DNA of 64,000 nucleotides, taken from Chiloscyllium plagiosum. Lineage: Eukaryota. A program made the position numbers and the translations under genes. The notes under the pieces are model-generated. The model saw nothing but the letters and a program-made list of their open reading frames with translations, did no database searches and had not been told where the DNA came from. Below, one piece after another: positions 37,962 through 51,193 of the stretch; within the stretch, counting starts at the first letter, position 1, and each line of letters begins with the position of its first letter. The stretch lies in the NCBI RefSeq assembly GCF_004010195.1, contig NC_057720.1:75203782-75267781 (forward strand). Reading direction: 5' to 3'.

Positions 37962-38934
37962 GGCATTAGAGAAACTCCGCATTTCCCTGTCAGTTTTAAT
38001 GTTCAAAGGAAATGAATGTTGCAGATGCGGATGAAGGCTGTCCGACTGGGTCAGGCGGTTGGAGGCTGAAAGGTCATATCTTGAAATCCCCAGGTACACA
38101 AACTATGAGTGCCTTACAGACCCCTCGCACTTCCGTTCAATGAAGCTGCAAAGGCATCTTCCTGAAAGTGTGTTGCTTGTGAAGGGGAACCCATGGAGTC
38201 CTTTCCCACTTTGGGAGAAACAAAAACATTCAAAGGCTGTGCTTGAAGTATAATGAGGTGAAGGGAATCTGAATACTGATAAAGATGGAAAGATACTGAG
38301 GAAAATATCGACACTCAGATACAAAAGTAACAAAAAAAACTTGCGTTCTCCCAAAGGGCTTCTCCACAGAAAACACAGAACAAAGGCACAGCAATGTGCC
38401 TGGTAAATATACAACCAGCTACCAACAGTTAACAAGGTGGTCGACAGAATTAGATGTAGGAAAATCTAAAATCCCAAAGGATACATGAAGCTAACTTCCA
38501 TTTCGATTTCAGACACCTGCATGAAGAGGTAGGAAATAAAACAGACACTTGCTCTAAATAACAATGATATTATTAGATGGAATTTGCTGAAATGGTCCGA
38601 TGTATGTCACTATACACTCAGCAGCGCTTCTGATTCTGAGTCAGAGGGTTGAGGGTTCAAGTCACTCTAAAGAGTCTTAAGCAAATCATCTAACTTGACA
38701 CTCCAGTGCTGTACAGAGCCAGAGTGCTGCAACACAGTAATACTTTGAAAATAAATGCACCGGTCACCCTTGTGTGCATTTTCTGGTACACAGGATGAGC
38801 CACGTCGGTATATGTCAGTATACATCAGTATACGTCAGTAAACGTCATTTGCCAGTTTCACTGGAGCTTCCATTTAGATTGTCAGTACTGATGTGGCCTT
38901 GCATTTTCATATCAAACAAACAGTTCAAATAAAT

Positions 38935-41738
38935 AAATTAAACTGCATTTATTTCAATGCAAGGGGCCTAGCAGGGAAGGCAGATGAACTCAGGGCATGA
39001 TTAGGAACATGAGATTGGGATATCATAGCAACTACAGAAACATGGCTTAGCGATGGGCAGGATTGGCAACTTAATGTTCCAGGATACAAATGCTACAGAA
39101 AGGATAGAAAGGGAGGCAAGAGAGGAGGGGAGGTGACATTTTTGATAAGAGATAGCATTACGGCTGTGCTGATGGAGGATATTTCCGGAAACACATCCAG
39201 AGAAGTTATTTGGGTGGAACTGAGAAATAAAAAAGGGATGATCACCTTATTGGGATTGTATTATAGACCCCCGAATAATCAGAGGGAAATTGAGAAACAA
39301 ACTTGTAAGGAGATCTCAGCTATCTGTAAGAATAATAGGGTGGTTATGGTAGGGGATTTTAACTTTCCAAACATAGACTGGGACTGCAATAGTGTTAAGG
39401 GTTTAGATGGAGAGGAATTTGTTAAGCGTGTACAAGACAATTTTCTGATTCAGTATGTGGATGCACCTGCTAGAGAAGATGTAAAACTTGACCTACTCTT
39501 GGGAAATCAGACAGGGCAAATGACTTAGGTATCAGTGGGGGAGCACTTTGGGGCCAGCGACCATAATTCTATTAGATTTAAAATAGTGATGGAAAAGAAT
39601 AGACCAGATCTAAAAGTTGAAGTTCTAAATTGGAGAAAGGCCAATTTTGATGGTATTAGGTAAGAACTTTCAAAAGCTGACTGGGGGCAGATGTTCGCAG
39701 CTAAAGGGATGACTGGAAAATGGGAAGCCTTCAGAAATGAGATAACAAGAATCCAGAGAAAGTATATTCCTGTCAAAGTGAAAGGAAAGGCTGGTAGATA
39801 TAGGGAAAGCTGGATGACTAAAGAAATTGAAGGTTTGATTAAGAAAAAGAAGGAAGCATATGTAAGGTACAGACAGATTGAGTGAATTCTTAGAAGAACA
39901 CAAAGGAACTAGGAGTATATTTAAGAGGGAAATCAGGAGGACAAAAAGGGGAAATGAGATAGCTTTGGCAAATAGAATTAAGGAGAATCCAAAGGGTTTT
40001 TACAAATGCATAAAGGACAAAAGGGTAACTAGGGAGAGAATAGAGCCCCTCATAGATCAGCAAGGTGGCCTTTGTGTGGAGCCGCAGGAGATAGGCAGAT
40101 ACTAAATGAGTATTTTGCATCAGTATTTACTGTGGAAAAGGATATGGAAGATATAGACTGTAGGTAAATAGGTGGTGACATCTTGCAAAATGTCCATATT
40201 ACAGAGGAGGAAGTGCTGGATGTCCTGAAATGGGTAAAGGTGGATAAATCCCCAGGACCTGATCAGGTGTACCAGGGAACTCCTGTGGGAAGCTAGAGAA
40301 GTGATTGCTGGGCCTCTTGCTGAGATATTTGTATCATCGATAGTCACAGGTGAGGTGCTGGAAGACTGGAGGTTGGCAAACGTGGTGCCACTGTTTAAGA
40401 AGGGCGGTAAAGACAAGCCAGGGAACAATAGACTAGTGAGCCTAATGTCGGTGATGGGCAAGTTGTTGGAGGGAATCCTGAGGGACAGGATGTACAAGTA
40501 TTTGGAAAGGCAAGGACTGATTAGGATAGTCAACATGGCTTTGTGCGTGGGAAATCATCTCACAAACTTGATTGAGTTTGTTGAAGAAGTAACAAATAGC
40601 ATTGATGAGGGCAGAGCAGTAGATGTGATCTATATGGACTTCAGTAAGGCATTCGACAAGGTTCCCAATGGGAGACTGATTAGCAAGGTTAGATCTCATG
40701 CAATACAGGGAGAACTAGCCATTTGGATACAGAACTGACTCAAAGGTAGAAGACATAGGGTGGTGGTGGAGGGTTGTTTTTCAGACTGGAGATCTGTGAC
40801 CAGTGGAGCACCACAAGGATTGGTGCTGGGTCCTCTACATTTTGTCATTTACATAAATGATTTGGATGTGAGCATAAAAGGTAGTTAGTAAGTTTGCAGA
40901 TGACACTAAAATTGGAGGTGTAGTGGCCAGCGAAGAGGGTTACCTCAGATTACAACAGGATCTTGACCAGATGGACTGAGAAGTGGCAGATGGAGTTTAA
41001 TTCAGATAAATGTGAGGTGCTGCATTTTGGGAAAGCAAATCTTAGCAGGACTTATACACGTAATGGTAAGGTCCAAGGGAGTGTTGCTGAACAAAGAGAC
41101 CTTGGAGTGCAGTTTAACACATCCTTGAAAATGGAGTCGCAGGTAGATAGGATAGTGAAGAAGGTGTTTGGTATGCTTTCCTTTATTGGTCAGAGTATTG
41201 AGTACAGGAGTTGGGAGGTCATGTTGCGGCTGTACAGGACATTAGTTAGGCCACTCTTGGAATATTGTGTGCAAATCTGGTCTCCTTCCTATTGGAAAGA
41301 TGTTGTGAAACCTGAAAGGATTCAGAAAAGATTTACAAGGATGTTGCCAGGGTTGGAAGATTTGAGCTATAGGGAGAGGCTGAACAGGCTGGGGCTGTTT
41401 TCCCTGGAGCGTCGGAGGCTGAGGGGTGACCCGATAGATGTTTACCAAATTATGAGGGGCATGGATAGGGTAAATAGGAAAAGTCTTTTCCCTGGGGTCG
41501 GGGAGTCCACACACAGAGGGTGGTATGTGTATGGAATGAGCTGCCAGAGGAAGTGGTGGAGGCTGGTACAATTGCAACATTTAAGAGGCATTTGGATGGA
41601 TATATGAATAGGAAGGGTTTGGAGGGATATGGGCCGGGTGCTGGCAGGTGGACTAGATTGGGTTGGGATATCTGGTCGGCATGGACGGGTTGGACCGAAG
41701 GGAAAGTTTCTATGCTGTACATCTCTATGACTCTGACT
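38935..41738 (+). mobile_element. CR1 (HER1-like) LINE with nearly complete but disrupted ORF2 (APE endonuclease and RT)
   Basis: LNCIYFNARGL..ETWL, YYRPP, MVGDFNFP, SDHN, KSPGPD, YMDFSKAFDKVP, FADDTK. Several stops and frameshifts, a deletion near 41508, ctatgactct tail. Confidence 0.96.
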
Positions 41739-43152
41739 CTAAATGGTCATGAAACATTAACTCTGTTTTTCTCCAGAGCTGTTGCCTGACCTGATGACTA
41801 TTTTCAGTTTTCTTGATTTTAGACTGTCAACATCTGCAATACAAGTGCTTTAATACAAACCAAAAAAAATATACTTACAACATCAAAAAGCTGATAAGTG
41901 TGCAATCCTATTTGTCACCACATTTAACAGGACAAAATTGAACATTACAGTGACTTCTTTCATCATGACAATGGGCTGCCCTGGAATTATTCTGGTGTCT
42001 ATTTCCAATTCTGACTGACTGTTGTCTGCTCTGAGCACTGTACAATTCCCACCTTTGAATGTGTTACACAAAGATGCAGACTCTCATTGCACTTGGGAGA
42101 AAAAGCTCGAGAAATCTAATCCCCATCCTCTATTATTTTCGTTAATCCTGCAAATGGAAAACAGCACTAAATCCCAGTCCAGCCTTCAAAACAGTACTGA
42201 ACCAAGCTCCCAGTTACAGGCTGCTCACTTTAACCCCATGGATGAATGATACACAAATGAAAACACCATGAATGTGCAGCAGATTTCCAAACCTGTTTTG
42301 CAGCAAATCAATGCCACAATTTACTCACTTCTTTAAACACCAAAACGTTGATCCGCTCCATTATGGAGCTGAAACTTACTTTCACATAACTCATTGTTTT
42401 AATTTTGCAAAGTACGTTTAATAAAGCAATTAATATTATTATTCATCACATGAAACCTAACCTGTCACATGGTTGCCTGACCTGATAGAGTATAACAGGA
42501 TTATTAAGTAATGTGATGTTCAAATCAGATTAGTATTGTTGGCAAGATCCTTTTTTTGAAGAAAAATTAAAAATTAGATTTTTCTTTTCCTTCTCCAAAT
42601 TTAAAACATTTTTTAAAAATTGCAGTATATGCAAATACATTCAATCCCTGGGTCAACATAATGCGGTTCACAGGCCAAGGGAGAGTGATGACCAAACGAG
42701 GATGACGAGGTGGATGAGAGGGGCCCACTCACCAGCCGAAACGGAGACCCTGCCCCAGGCCTCAGCCTCCTGCTTTAATCAGAGCTGGTTTCCCCTCCAT
42801 TGGGAGAGTGTTGCACAGCCTCTCTTGTAATTATAGTGGGCCAAAGAGATACACTTCCCACAATGACGAGCTGCATTCGTTTTCAGTCCCCAGGAAAGAC
42901 TAGCAAAGCCTATACACGGCACTGTAACACAGTTGGAATTTTCCGCCTAATGCAATGGTTGTCGTGAAGAATACGAATGGTACATTTGCAAATCAAATCA
43001 GTCCCACGTCACGAGGTGAACGCTTCAGCCATTTATTGAGTCACACACTACACATTCCAAGACCTAAATCCAATTCAAGCCCTTGCTTACTGGCCCCATT
43101 GTCAGAAACCAGTGCTGACTCCTATGCTGAATCCAGTGCTGAATGGTACAGT

Positions 43153-43278
43153 TGAGAAGAAGGGCATGTGCCCGAAACGTCGAATCTTCTGTTCCCTAGA
43201 TGCTGCCTGACCTGCTGTGCTGTTCCAGCAATAAAGTTTCAGCTTTGATCTCCAGCGTCTGCAGACCTCACTTTCTCC
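43153..43278 (+). mobile_element. PLE pLTR element (family A), 5'-truncated inside the hammerhead core, 14-bp TSD
   Basis: TSD ctgaatggtacagt at 43139-43152 and 43279-43292. Starts ..gaagaagggcatgtgcccgaaacgtcgaat, lacking the CU of CUGAAGA. Near-identical to the 8697-8904 element. Confidence 0.9.
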
Positions 43279-43841
43279 CTGAATGGTACAGTGCAAAAGG
43301 AGACCAGTGGGCCCTTTCAGGCCATGCTGTGCCCCTTCAAAGTTAGCCACACCCCACATTCTTTTCCTATATCACAGCAATTGCTTTCCCCCCTTCTGCA
43401 AGGGTTTGTACAACTCCCCTTTGAATGTCACCACTGGATGTTCCCTATAAAACACACTACAAATCACAGATAATATGCCCTAAAGAATTGGTAAACATTT
43501 AATCCGACATGTAGCTGGACATCAGGATTTGAATGACACTGACCTGCAATAACATTGCAGAAAAACAAGTTAAAAATAAATGTAACAAATTTCAGAACTG
43601 AATTCGACCTAAACCATTTCCCAAACTTCAGCGATATCACAAGAACAGAAGTGTGTGCCTATGATGGAGAGGGACAGCAGGAAATTGCGGAGACAGAAAA
43701 TGTAGGAGGCGGAAGAAAGGGGGGGGAAAGAAAAAGACTGAGACAAAGAAGGCAAGACAAAGATAGTGGGTGACGTGAGGGAGAGAGAGTATGAGGAGAT
43801 GGAATGCAAAAGGAGCTCAAGGGAAGAGTGAATGTTAGAGG

Positions 43842-43892
43842 TGTGTGTGTGTGCGCATGCACGTGGGTGTGCGCACACACACACACACACAC
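43842..43892. repeat. (GT)n...(CA)n self-complementary microsatellite
   Basis: gtgtgtgtgtgtgcgca-tgcacgtgggtg-tgcgcacacacacacacacac. Confidence 0.85.
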
Positions 43893-44448
43893 AGGCAGAG
43901 ACTGGGAACAATCAGTAAACACTGTACAGAAAGCCTGATGGCTGCAGGGCAGATTCCTTCAGTTTATTTTGTTTAGGATCTCACCAGGGGCGATGAAATC
44001 TTTCCTTCCAGACAATATCATACTGCTCACTCAGGAAGGAAAAAGCAGGAAATGGAAAAGGGTCACTGACCTTCTAAATGGGTCAAAGGAAGCCATCTAT
44101 TTAAATACAGGTGGAAATCTGGTCTCTGTCTCGGCCATTTCTGTGCCTCAGGACAGTATCAGGTGTAGGTGTTAGTGTGCTGTTGTTGAGAAGTGCTCTT
44201 CTATGTAGCCAGTTTGAGATAGACCATGTATAACCTGGCAGCTAGAATGCTGACCAATTCTACCCAACAGTGATGGAGGAGGACTATAAGCCTTAAGGAC
44301 AAGACAGAGCTTGCTTCCTGAGATGATGATCCCAGTAGATTCTAGTAAAATTCAGCAACAAAGGGAAAGGGGAGAAAACACCTCAGACAATCCACATACA
44401 GAAACTGACATGAGATGTTAGTTAAAATGTTACAAATACTCAGGCCTT

Positions 44449-44679
44449 GTAGTGGTGGGTATGTTCGCTGAGCTGGTAAGTTGATTTGCAGACATTTCGC
44501 ACCCCCCCCCCCTCTTTGGAGCCTCCGGTGAGCTGCTGCTGTACTGTGTCTTCTGGAATTTACTGAAGGTGTCACTGAGACAGGGGACGAACCATCTGCA
44601 AGTCAATTCCCAGCTCAGCAAACATACCCACAACCAATGACAATTGGCACCAGAGTTACAAATCTTTACACAAACCTTG
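44449..44679. mobile_element. Fold-back PLE-like element (family C) with a decayed hammerhead
   Basis: Arms at about 44455-44499 and 44588-44630. Plus-strand ctgaagg-tgtcactgagacaggggac-gaacc-atc at 44563-44597. Diverged TSD aatactcaggcctt / aatatccaggcctt. Confidence 0.7.
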
Positions 44680-44989
44680 AATATCCAGGCCTTCTTTAGG
44701 TTATTTCACACCCAGTCCATCGCCATCAACACTCAGAAAAACTACTATCATGTACCCATCAGTTAATCTACAGCGTTCACTAATTTCTTTTAGAATCAGA
44801 CAATTTCTTCCAGATTGTTTGGCCAGGAGGAACAGGCAGGGGACTGTCACTCAACATCTGGCTGTTGAGGAGCTCGATTAAACAGTGACTAGCTCTTCAC
44901 AATGTGTGCAAATACGATTACGCAGATGAGAAAGTGTTTGTCAGAGCTGCTTAGTACATTCTCCAGTCTGGTGAGAAGTTAAGTCCAAA

Positions 44990-45430
44990 GTGAGTACAGG
45001 TCTTAGAATCAGGAGTGAATGGCACATGGTTATACATTACAAATTGAACACCAGATGGCTCCTTAAGGCACGAGCATTAACATCAGTACCAGACCTGATT
45101 ACAGCCTTGGTCCAAACATGGAGCACAGAGCTGAATCTTGAGGTGGGGGAGGTGTGCGAGACTGCCCTTGATATTAAAGAAGGCATTTGACAGAGTACAG
45201 CAGCATGGAGCCTCAATAAAACTAGAGTTCAGTGTGAATTAGGGGAAATCTCTCCACCAGTTGCAGTAAAATCCAGCACCTAATGATTGTGGTTGTTGGA
45301 GGCCAGTCCTCCTGATCCCAGCTGCTCCTCAGGGTAGTGTGCTAGGCCAAATCATCTTCAGCAGCTTGATCATACCATCAGGAGTGGGGACATTTGCTGA
45401 GGATTGCACAATGTTCAGATACTGAAGTGT
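44990..45430 (+). mobile_element. Decayed CR1/L2-group LINE RT fragment
   Basis: PDLITALVQTWSTELN..TALDIK..FDRV and PQGSVLGQIIFS remnants. Confidence 0.75.
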
Positions 45431-45896
45431 TCCCTGCAAATACTCGGCAAGACTCAAATAACACTGGGGCTGCAAAATTTAAAATTATGCATAAAGTTTT
45501 TCCCAGCAAGAAAAAACTGAGAAATTCAGACTTTTTTTCTTTACCCAGAGCACTCACAATGTAGAACCTGTTGCTACACAGACAAAACATGCACTGATAT
45601 AGTGCCTTTGCAAGTTCCAGAAGTCCCAGAGCTCTTTACAGCCAATCTCAAGTAGATTTGAAGAAGTGTAGTCAGTGCTATGATGCAAGAAAATATGGCA
45701 TCCAGCACAAACAAACACACACACAGAGCAGTGTGTTAATCATTAGGCAATCTTTCTCTTTGTGAAGACACAAGCAAACATGAGTCAGGGCACTGCTCTT
45801 AGAGTCATTAAGCCTTGAAACTACGCCATAGGATCTTCAATGACCACTCACGAGACTACATAATGGTCCGGTTAAATGTCTGATCTGAAAGATGGC

Positions 45897-45941
45897 AGAA
45901 GTGAGGACTGCAGATGTTGGAAATCAGAGTTTAGATTAGAG
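45897..45941 (-). mobile_element. 45-bp PLE pLTR extreme 3' end with a 16-bp TSD, inside a Deu-SINE
   Basis: TSD tgatctgaaagatggc at 45881-45896 and 45942-45957; insert agaagtgaggactgcagatgttggaaatcagagtttagattagag. Confidence 0.88.
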
Positions 45942-46865
45942 TGATCTGAAAGATGGCTGTATTGCACAGAGTGTCAGATTAGGATTTGCGATCGGGTCTT
46001 GGGATTGGACAGCAAACATAAACCTCTGACTACGGGGCTGGAGTGATTCCAACTGGCCACTGCTGACACTGCAATAGATTCAATGGGATTTGCCAGTAAA
46101 GCATAGGTCCTGATTGGCCCACAGTGTTGGAAAAGATACATTCACGTGACCAATTACCAGAGCTCCCAAAAGTAACAGTTTTATATTTACTTTGGATAAA
46201 AGTTATGCATGTTCTCCCCCCGCCTCCTAGAAAAACCCGAGTTGGCATTTTTTTTTAAATGTTTCTTTGATCAATTCCTGTGAAAAGTTTTGAAAAGGGA
46301 GTTTATCCTGTAGGGTGTCTCTGACATATTAACTGAAGACCATGGGATTTAACTGTACTTCTGAGAAATTGTTGACTGCTGGCCAGCCATATTCTTTGAT
46401 CTTACTCGACCGTGCACTGATCTGGTGATAATGACCATTCCAGCGTGTTTTATTTTAACAGAGAATTGATTAAAGGGCGATGCACAGCTGAATGATTTAA
46501 TCAACTCGAGGTCTCTGACTCAACCATAAAGCTCACTGAGACGTGCCTTACAATTCGTGGATAATTCCAGTTTCACAAACCCAAACCATGGCCTTACATT
46601 AACCCTTCTCGTTCTAGCCCACCGAGTCTATTGCAGGCAGCCCAGCAGCATATGAAAGTGGAAACCCACGCAGACACAGGGACAATATGCAAACTCCACA
46701 CAGACAGACCATCGCCCAATGCTCTCATATTAAAGTACTCAAGCCCAGAATGTTCAAATTAGATCGTACAGCATTACTGACATGGAGTCATGGTTTCCAA
46801 ACAATTTATGAGGCAGTTGGGCAAACCAAGGAACATTAGACCTGAAATTGTTTGTGATTCAGATT

Positions 46866-47210
46866 CACAGAATCCCTACAACGCGGAAAGAGGCCATTCG
46901 GCCCTTCTGCACCTACCCTCCAAAGAGCATCCCACCCAGACCCATTCCCCTAGTCTGTCCCTGTCACTCTGCACTTCCCAAGGCAAATCCACCTACCCTG
47001 CACATCTCTGGACACTATGGGAAATTTAGCACAGCCAATCCACCAAACCTGCACATTTTTGGACTGTGGGAGGAAACCAGAGCACCCGGAGGAAACCCAC
47101 GCAGACACGGGGAGAATGTGCAAACTCCACACAGACAGTTGCCAAGGCTGGAATTGACTGGGGTTCCTGGCATTGTGAGGCAGCAGTGCTGATCACTGAG
47201 CCACCGTGCC
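46866..47210 (-). mobile_element. HE1-type SINE (a further fragment lies at about 46655-46720)
   Basis: Reverse-complement head and body with an internal duplicated segment. Confidence 0.9.
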
Positions 47211-48145
47211 GGAAAGGAGTGGCTTTTTCACATGACCTTCTCCCATTCTGTAGGGGCTCATATTGATCAAATGCAATGTATTAAGCAGCAACAATTCGAC
47301 CAAATAAAGCTACAGAAAGTGTTAACGGTCTGTACGCAGCAAGGAGAAGCTGCTGTGACCTTAGATTGAACAACAGATGTGACACAGTGACAAAACTTGC
47401 TCATCTGTCAGCCGCTGTGCTCTGGTTTGTAAATGCACCATAAAACAGGTTGTCCTTGATCTGTAACTACGCTCAATGCTGCAGAAAGTGGCAGCCACAA
47501 CTCCAGTGCTGGTCTTGTGTAAGGCAAGGGCAGCAGCACTATCTATGGCAGCGCCCATTCAAAGGTCAGGCTCAGGAGGTTACCTTTGCCCACGTGGCAA
47601 CAAAAGTGCCCTGGCAGCGCATCCAACTGCTAAAAACCAGCTAGTCGACATGGGCTAGTGAATGTTTTAGCTGGGACTGGACTCACAAGTTTTGAAGTTT
47701 ATAGCTTCTTTAGCCTGCAGGAATCTTGTGCTTGCACCAAGCAAGATTGCTGCTTCAAACGCACACAGAACAGACAGATGAGTATTGGGCACCCCACCCC
47801 TCCACCGCAGTGCAATATTTCAGGTAAAACTCACACACAATATACTAAAAACTTGCACGGTGTAACTCCAATGGGCTTTGCCAGAACAGGAAGGTTTTAT
47901 GAATGAAACTGGATGAATTAAGTAAGTGCATGGTGTTCAAAATGTCTCTCATAAGACAGTTTTAACACGCTGGTCAGTACAACCGGGGCACAAGGCCATT
48001 TATTTTTAAAACGTCGGTAGCCTTTCAATTTGAACAGTGGAAAATCACCCTGCCTGTGCCAGTCACCTAGTTACAGAGTTGAAATCCCTCCCTCATTCTG
48101 AGAGCTGCATCTTAGTTTCTCCTGAGCCAGTCAAGCTTCACGTCC

Positions 48146-48275
48146 TCTCTGATGAAGAGTCATCTAGACTCAAAATGTTAGCTTGCTCTCTCTCCCCATG
48201 CATGTTGCCTGACCCACTGTGATCTCCAGCATTTGTTGTTTCAGTACAAGTTCCAACATCTGCAGTAACTGGCTC
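48146..48275 (+). mobile_element. PLE pLTR with a CpG-decayed hammerhead
   Basis: ctgatga-a-gagtc atcta gactc-aaaat-gtt: stem II intact, CGAAACG changed to CAAAATG. The body matches 37829-37961. Confidence 0.78.
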
Positions 48276-49404
48276 CCTCAAATCCATTCCGGCTGTTCTC
48301 CTGTTCAAGGAATGTGAGTCAAACCTATGATCTGTCAAGGAATAAATACTTTTGGTTGCCAAAATAAAATCTAGAAACAAAACACCTCTGTCACAGACTG
48401 AGATATAAACATTCGCTGTGGAGAATCAAGGCCTGATGGATGTAAGGCAAGTCACAGCAGACTTAAAATCTTGTTCTGGACAGATTCAAGTAAATGGTAT
48501 GCCCCATGAACTGCAATACACAGGAGACTGACTCAACAATCGACTAACTGGTACGTTCATAGGTCTACTTCCAGCTCCTAGAATCAGGCAGAGGACTTAT
48601 AGCAAAAAAAGCTCTGAAAGGCCTTGAGCAATCATTGCTCTCTCATGTAGAGTTTATGCACTGCAATCCAAAAAGAATTTTTTGTTTTTGAAAGAAAGCC
48701 AGAAGCCGATAAGCTGGTTATATATTTTGTCACCGTTAAGAGAACTGGTTTCATTTTTTAAAAGGTTTGTAAAATATCCAGTAAAGTTTCCAAACTGAAA
48801 TTTCAATTAACTCCAGCCCATTAAGTTGGTTCATTAAACTGGTTTTCCAGAAACCAGTCTTCAGAAACAGTATTGTTAACAAAAGAAAAAGTGGGGAAAG
48901 ATTTTGCGATTTCATCTTGATCAGGATGTATTATTCTGTTTCTGAATTAGAATTGCAAACGGATACAGAGATGTGAAACTCGGGAGATCATTAAAACCAG
49001 GGAAATGAGTCACACGGCAAATTCCAATTTCGGAATGTACAGTTTGATCAGGTCATGTTGTCATGTGACAGTGAGGTGTCATTGGGCATCTCTTTTGAAG
49101 AGGTGACTTTGAACCTTTATGACTCTCAACTAATGAATAATAATCAGATGCAAATCAAGGGATATTTTAAAGCCATGTGGGTCCATACCTGTAATTGCAG
49201 AGCTGCTGCCTGACATAATGCCATTAGTTCACTATGAATCCACATTTATATAACAACTTTAACAGAGGGAAATGTCTCCCAACATGCTTCAAACAAAACG
49301 TGACACCCTGCCTCACAAGGCAATGTTAGTGCAGGTCATCAGAGAGCTGGTAAAAGATTGCGGCTTTAAAGGAGCATTTCAAAGGCAGGGGAGAGATGGG
49401 GCGA

Positions 49405-49467
49405 GGAAGAGAGAAAGAGAGAGAAAAAAAGAGAAAGAGAGAAGAGAGACAGACAGAGAGAGAGAGA
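49405..49467. repeat. (GA)-rich simple repeat
   Basis: gaagagagaaagagagaaaaaaagagaaagagagaagagagacagacagagagagagag. Confidence 0.85.
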
Positions 49468-49779
49468 TCAAAGGCAAAGACATTACATGCATTATAATAG
49501 ACTTAGAACACGCAAGGAGGCTCTTTGGCCCATTATATTCCTGCTCTCTAGAAGAGCTAATCACATAGCTCCCCTCCAGACCTTTCCCCTCCGTGGGCAT
49601 CCAAATCATTATAATTTCAGGTAATTATCTGATTCATGTCTGAAGACCTCAATTAATTGGTCTCCACTGTGCTGAGACTGTGCATTTCAGATCTTAAACA
49701 CCCACTTCGTAAAAACAGTTTTATTTATGGTATTGTTGTTTTTTCGCTATTCATCTTAAAATAGTGTGCTCTGCTTCTT

Positions 49780-50560
49780 GAGGTGATGCGTTTTGGAGGA
49801 TCAAATTTATGTGTGAATTATACTGTAAATGGCAGAATCCTTCGGAACATTAACATACAGGCAGATTTGGGTGTGCAGGTCCACTATTCCCTAAAAGTGG
49901 CAACAGAGGTAACGGAGGTGATTAAGAAGGCATGTGGCATTCTTGCCTTTATTGGCCAAGGGATGGAGTACAAGAGTTGGCAAACCATGTTGCAGCTATA
50001 TAATACCCTTGTAAGGCCACATTTGGAGTGTTGTGTGCAGTTTTGGATCGCCATACAATCAGAAGGACGTGGAAGCTTTGGGGAGTGTACAGAGAAGGTT
50101 CACAAGGATGTTGCCTGGTCGAGAGGGCATTGGCTATGAGGAAAGGTTAAAAAAGACTAGGATTGTTTTCACTGAAAAGATGGCAGCTGAGCAGACACTT
50201 GATAGAGGTCTACAAAATAATAAGAGGCATAGGTAGGGTGGATAATCGGAGGCTTTTATCCAGGGTTAAAGTTTCAAATTGTAAGGGGGCACAGGTTCGA
50301 GGTGAGAGGGGGAAAGTTTAAAAGGGAGATGTGCGAGGAAAGGTTTTCACACAGAATGGTAGGAGCCTGGAATGCTTTGCCTAAAGATGTCGTGGAAGCA
50401 GGCACATTGGCAACATTTAAGAGGCATCTGGATCTTTACATGAATAGAGAGGGAATACAGGGATATGGGCCAAATAAGGGCTGGTTTGTTTTTAGTTTAG
50501 TTAAGGCATGAAGATCGGAACAGACTTGGAGGATCGAAGGGCCTGTTCCTGTGCTGTCCT
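49780..50560 (+). mobile_element. CR1 LINE 3' portion
   Basis: KKACGILAFI, LVRPHLECCVQFW, QRRFTRMLPG, WNALPKDVVEA. Confidence 0.9.
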
Positions 50561-51102
50561 TCTGCCATATAGTTTCAACCTGTTCTGTCCAGACTGCACA
50601 CAATTGAAAAACTCAAGCTAACCTCCTCTTCACCCTCCCTTCCCCCATCTTATCCAATCTGTCCAATGCTACTCCAGCTTAGCTGGTAGAGTATGCAATT
50701 CTTAATCTCATGGGAATACAGGAAGATAGGAGCAGACCATTCAGCCCCTCAAGCTTTCCATGCCATTCTGGGCAATTTACTCCATAGTATCTCCGCATCC
50801 TTTGAGGTCATAAGTATCCAAAGATTTATTCATCTCTTCTTTGATTATACTCAATGGCTGAGCTTCAGCATTCCTCGAGTGTGGAGAATTTACTACCCAG
50901 CATGAAAAAGATTCCATCTTTTTGCACGCCCCTTATTCTGAGAATGTGCATCCTGGTTCCAGATTCCCCAGCCACACATATAGGAAGTCATTTCAGTCTT
51001 TTAAAACTCTGTCATGATTTGGAGATGTTGGTGTCGGACTGGGGTGTACAAAGTTAAAAATCACACCACACCAGGTTATAGTCCAACAGGTTTATTTGGA
51101 AG

Positions 51103-51137
51103 CACTAGCTTTCGGAGCGCTGCTCCTTCATCAGGTG
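51103..51137 (-). ncRNA. Minimal type-I hammerhead ribozyme motif (family B), sense to NOS1AP
   Basis: Minus strand: CAC-CUGAUGA-A-GGAGC AGC GCUCC-GAAAG-CUA^GUG. Stem I CAC/GUG, 5-bp stem II, palindromic AGCU in place of stem III. Confidence 0.8.
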
Positions 51138-51193
51138 GTAGTCACAACTACCTCTTGCTTCCAATTAAACCTATTGGACGGTGATAACCTGGT

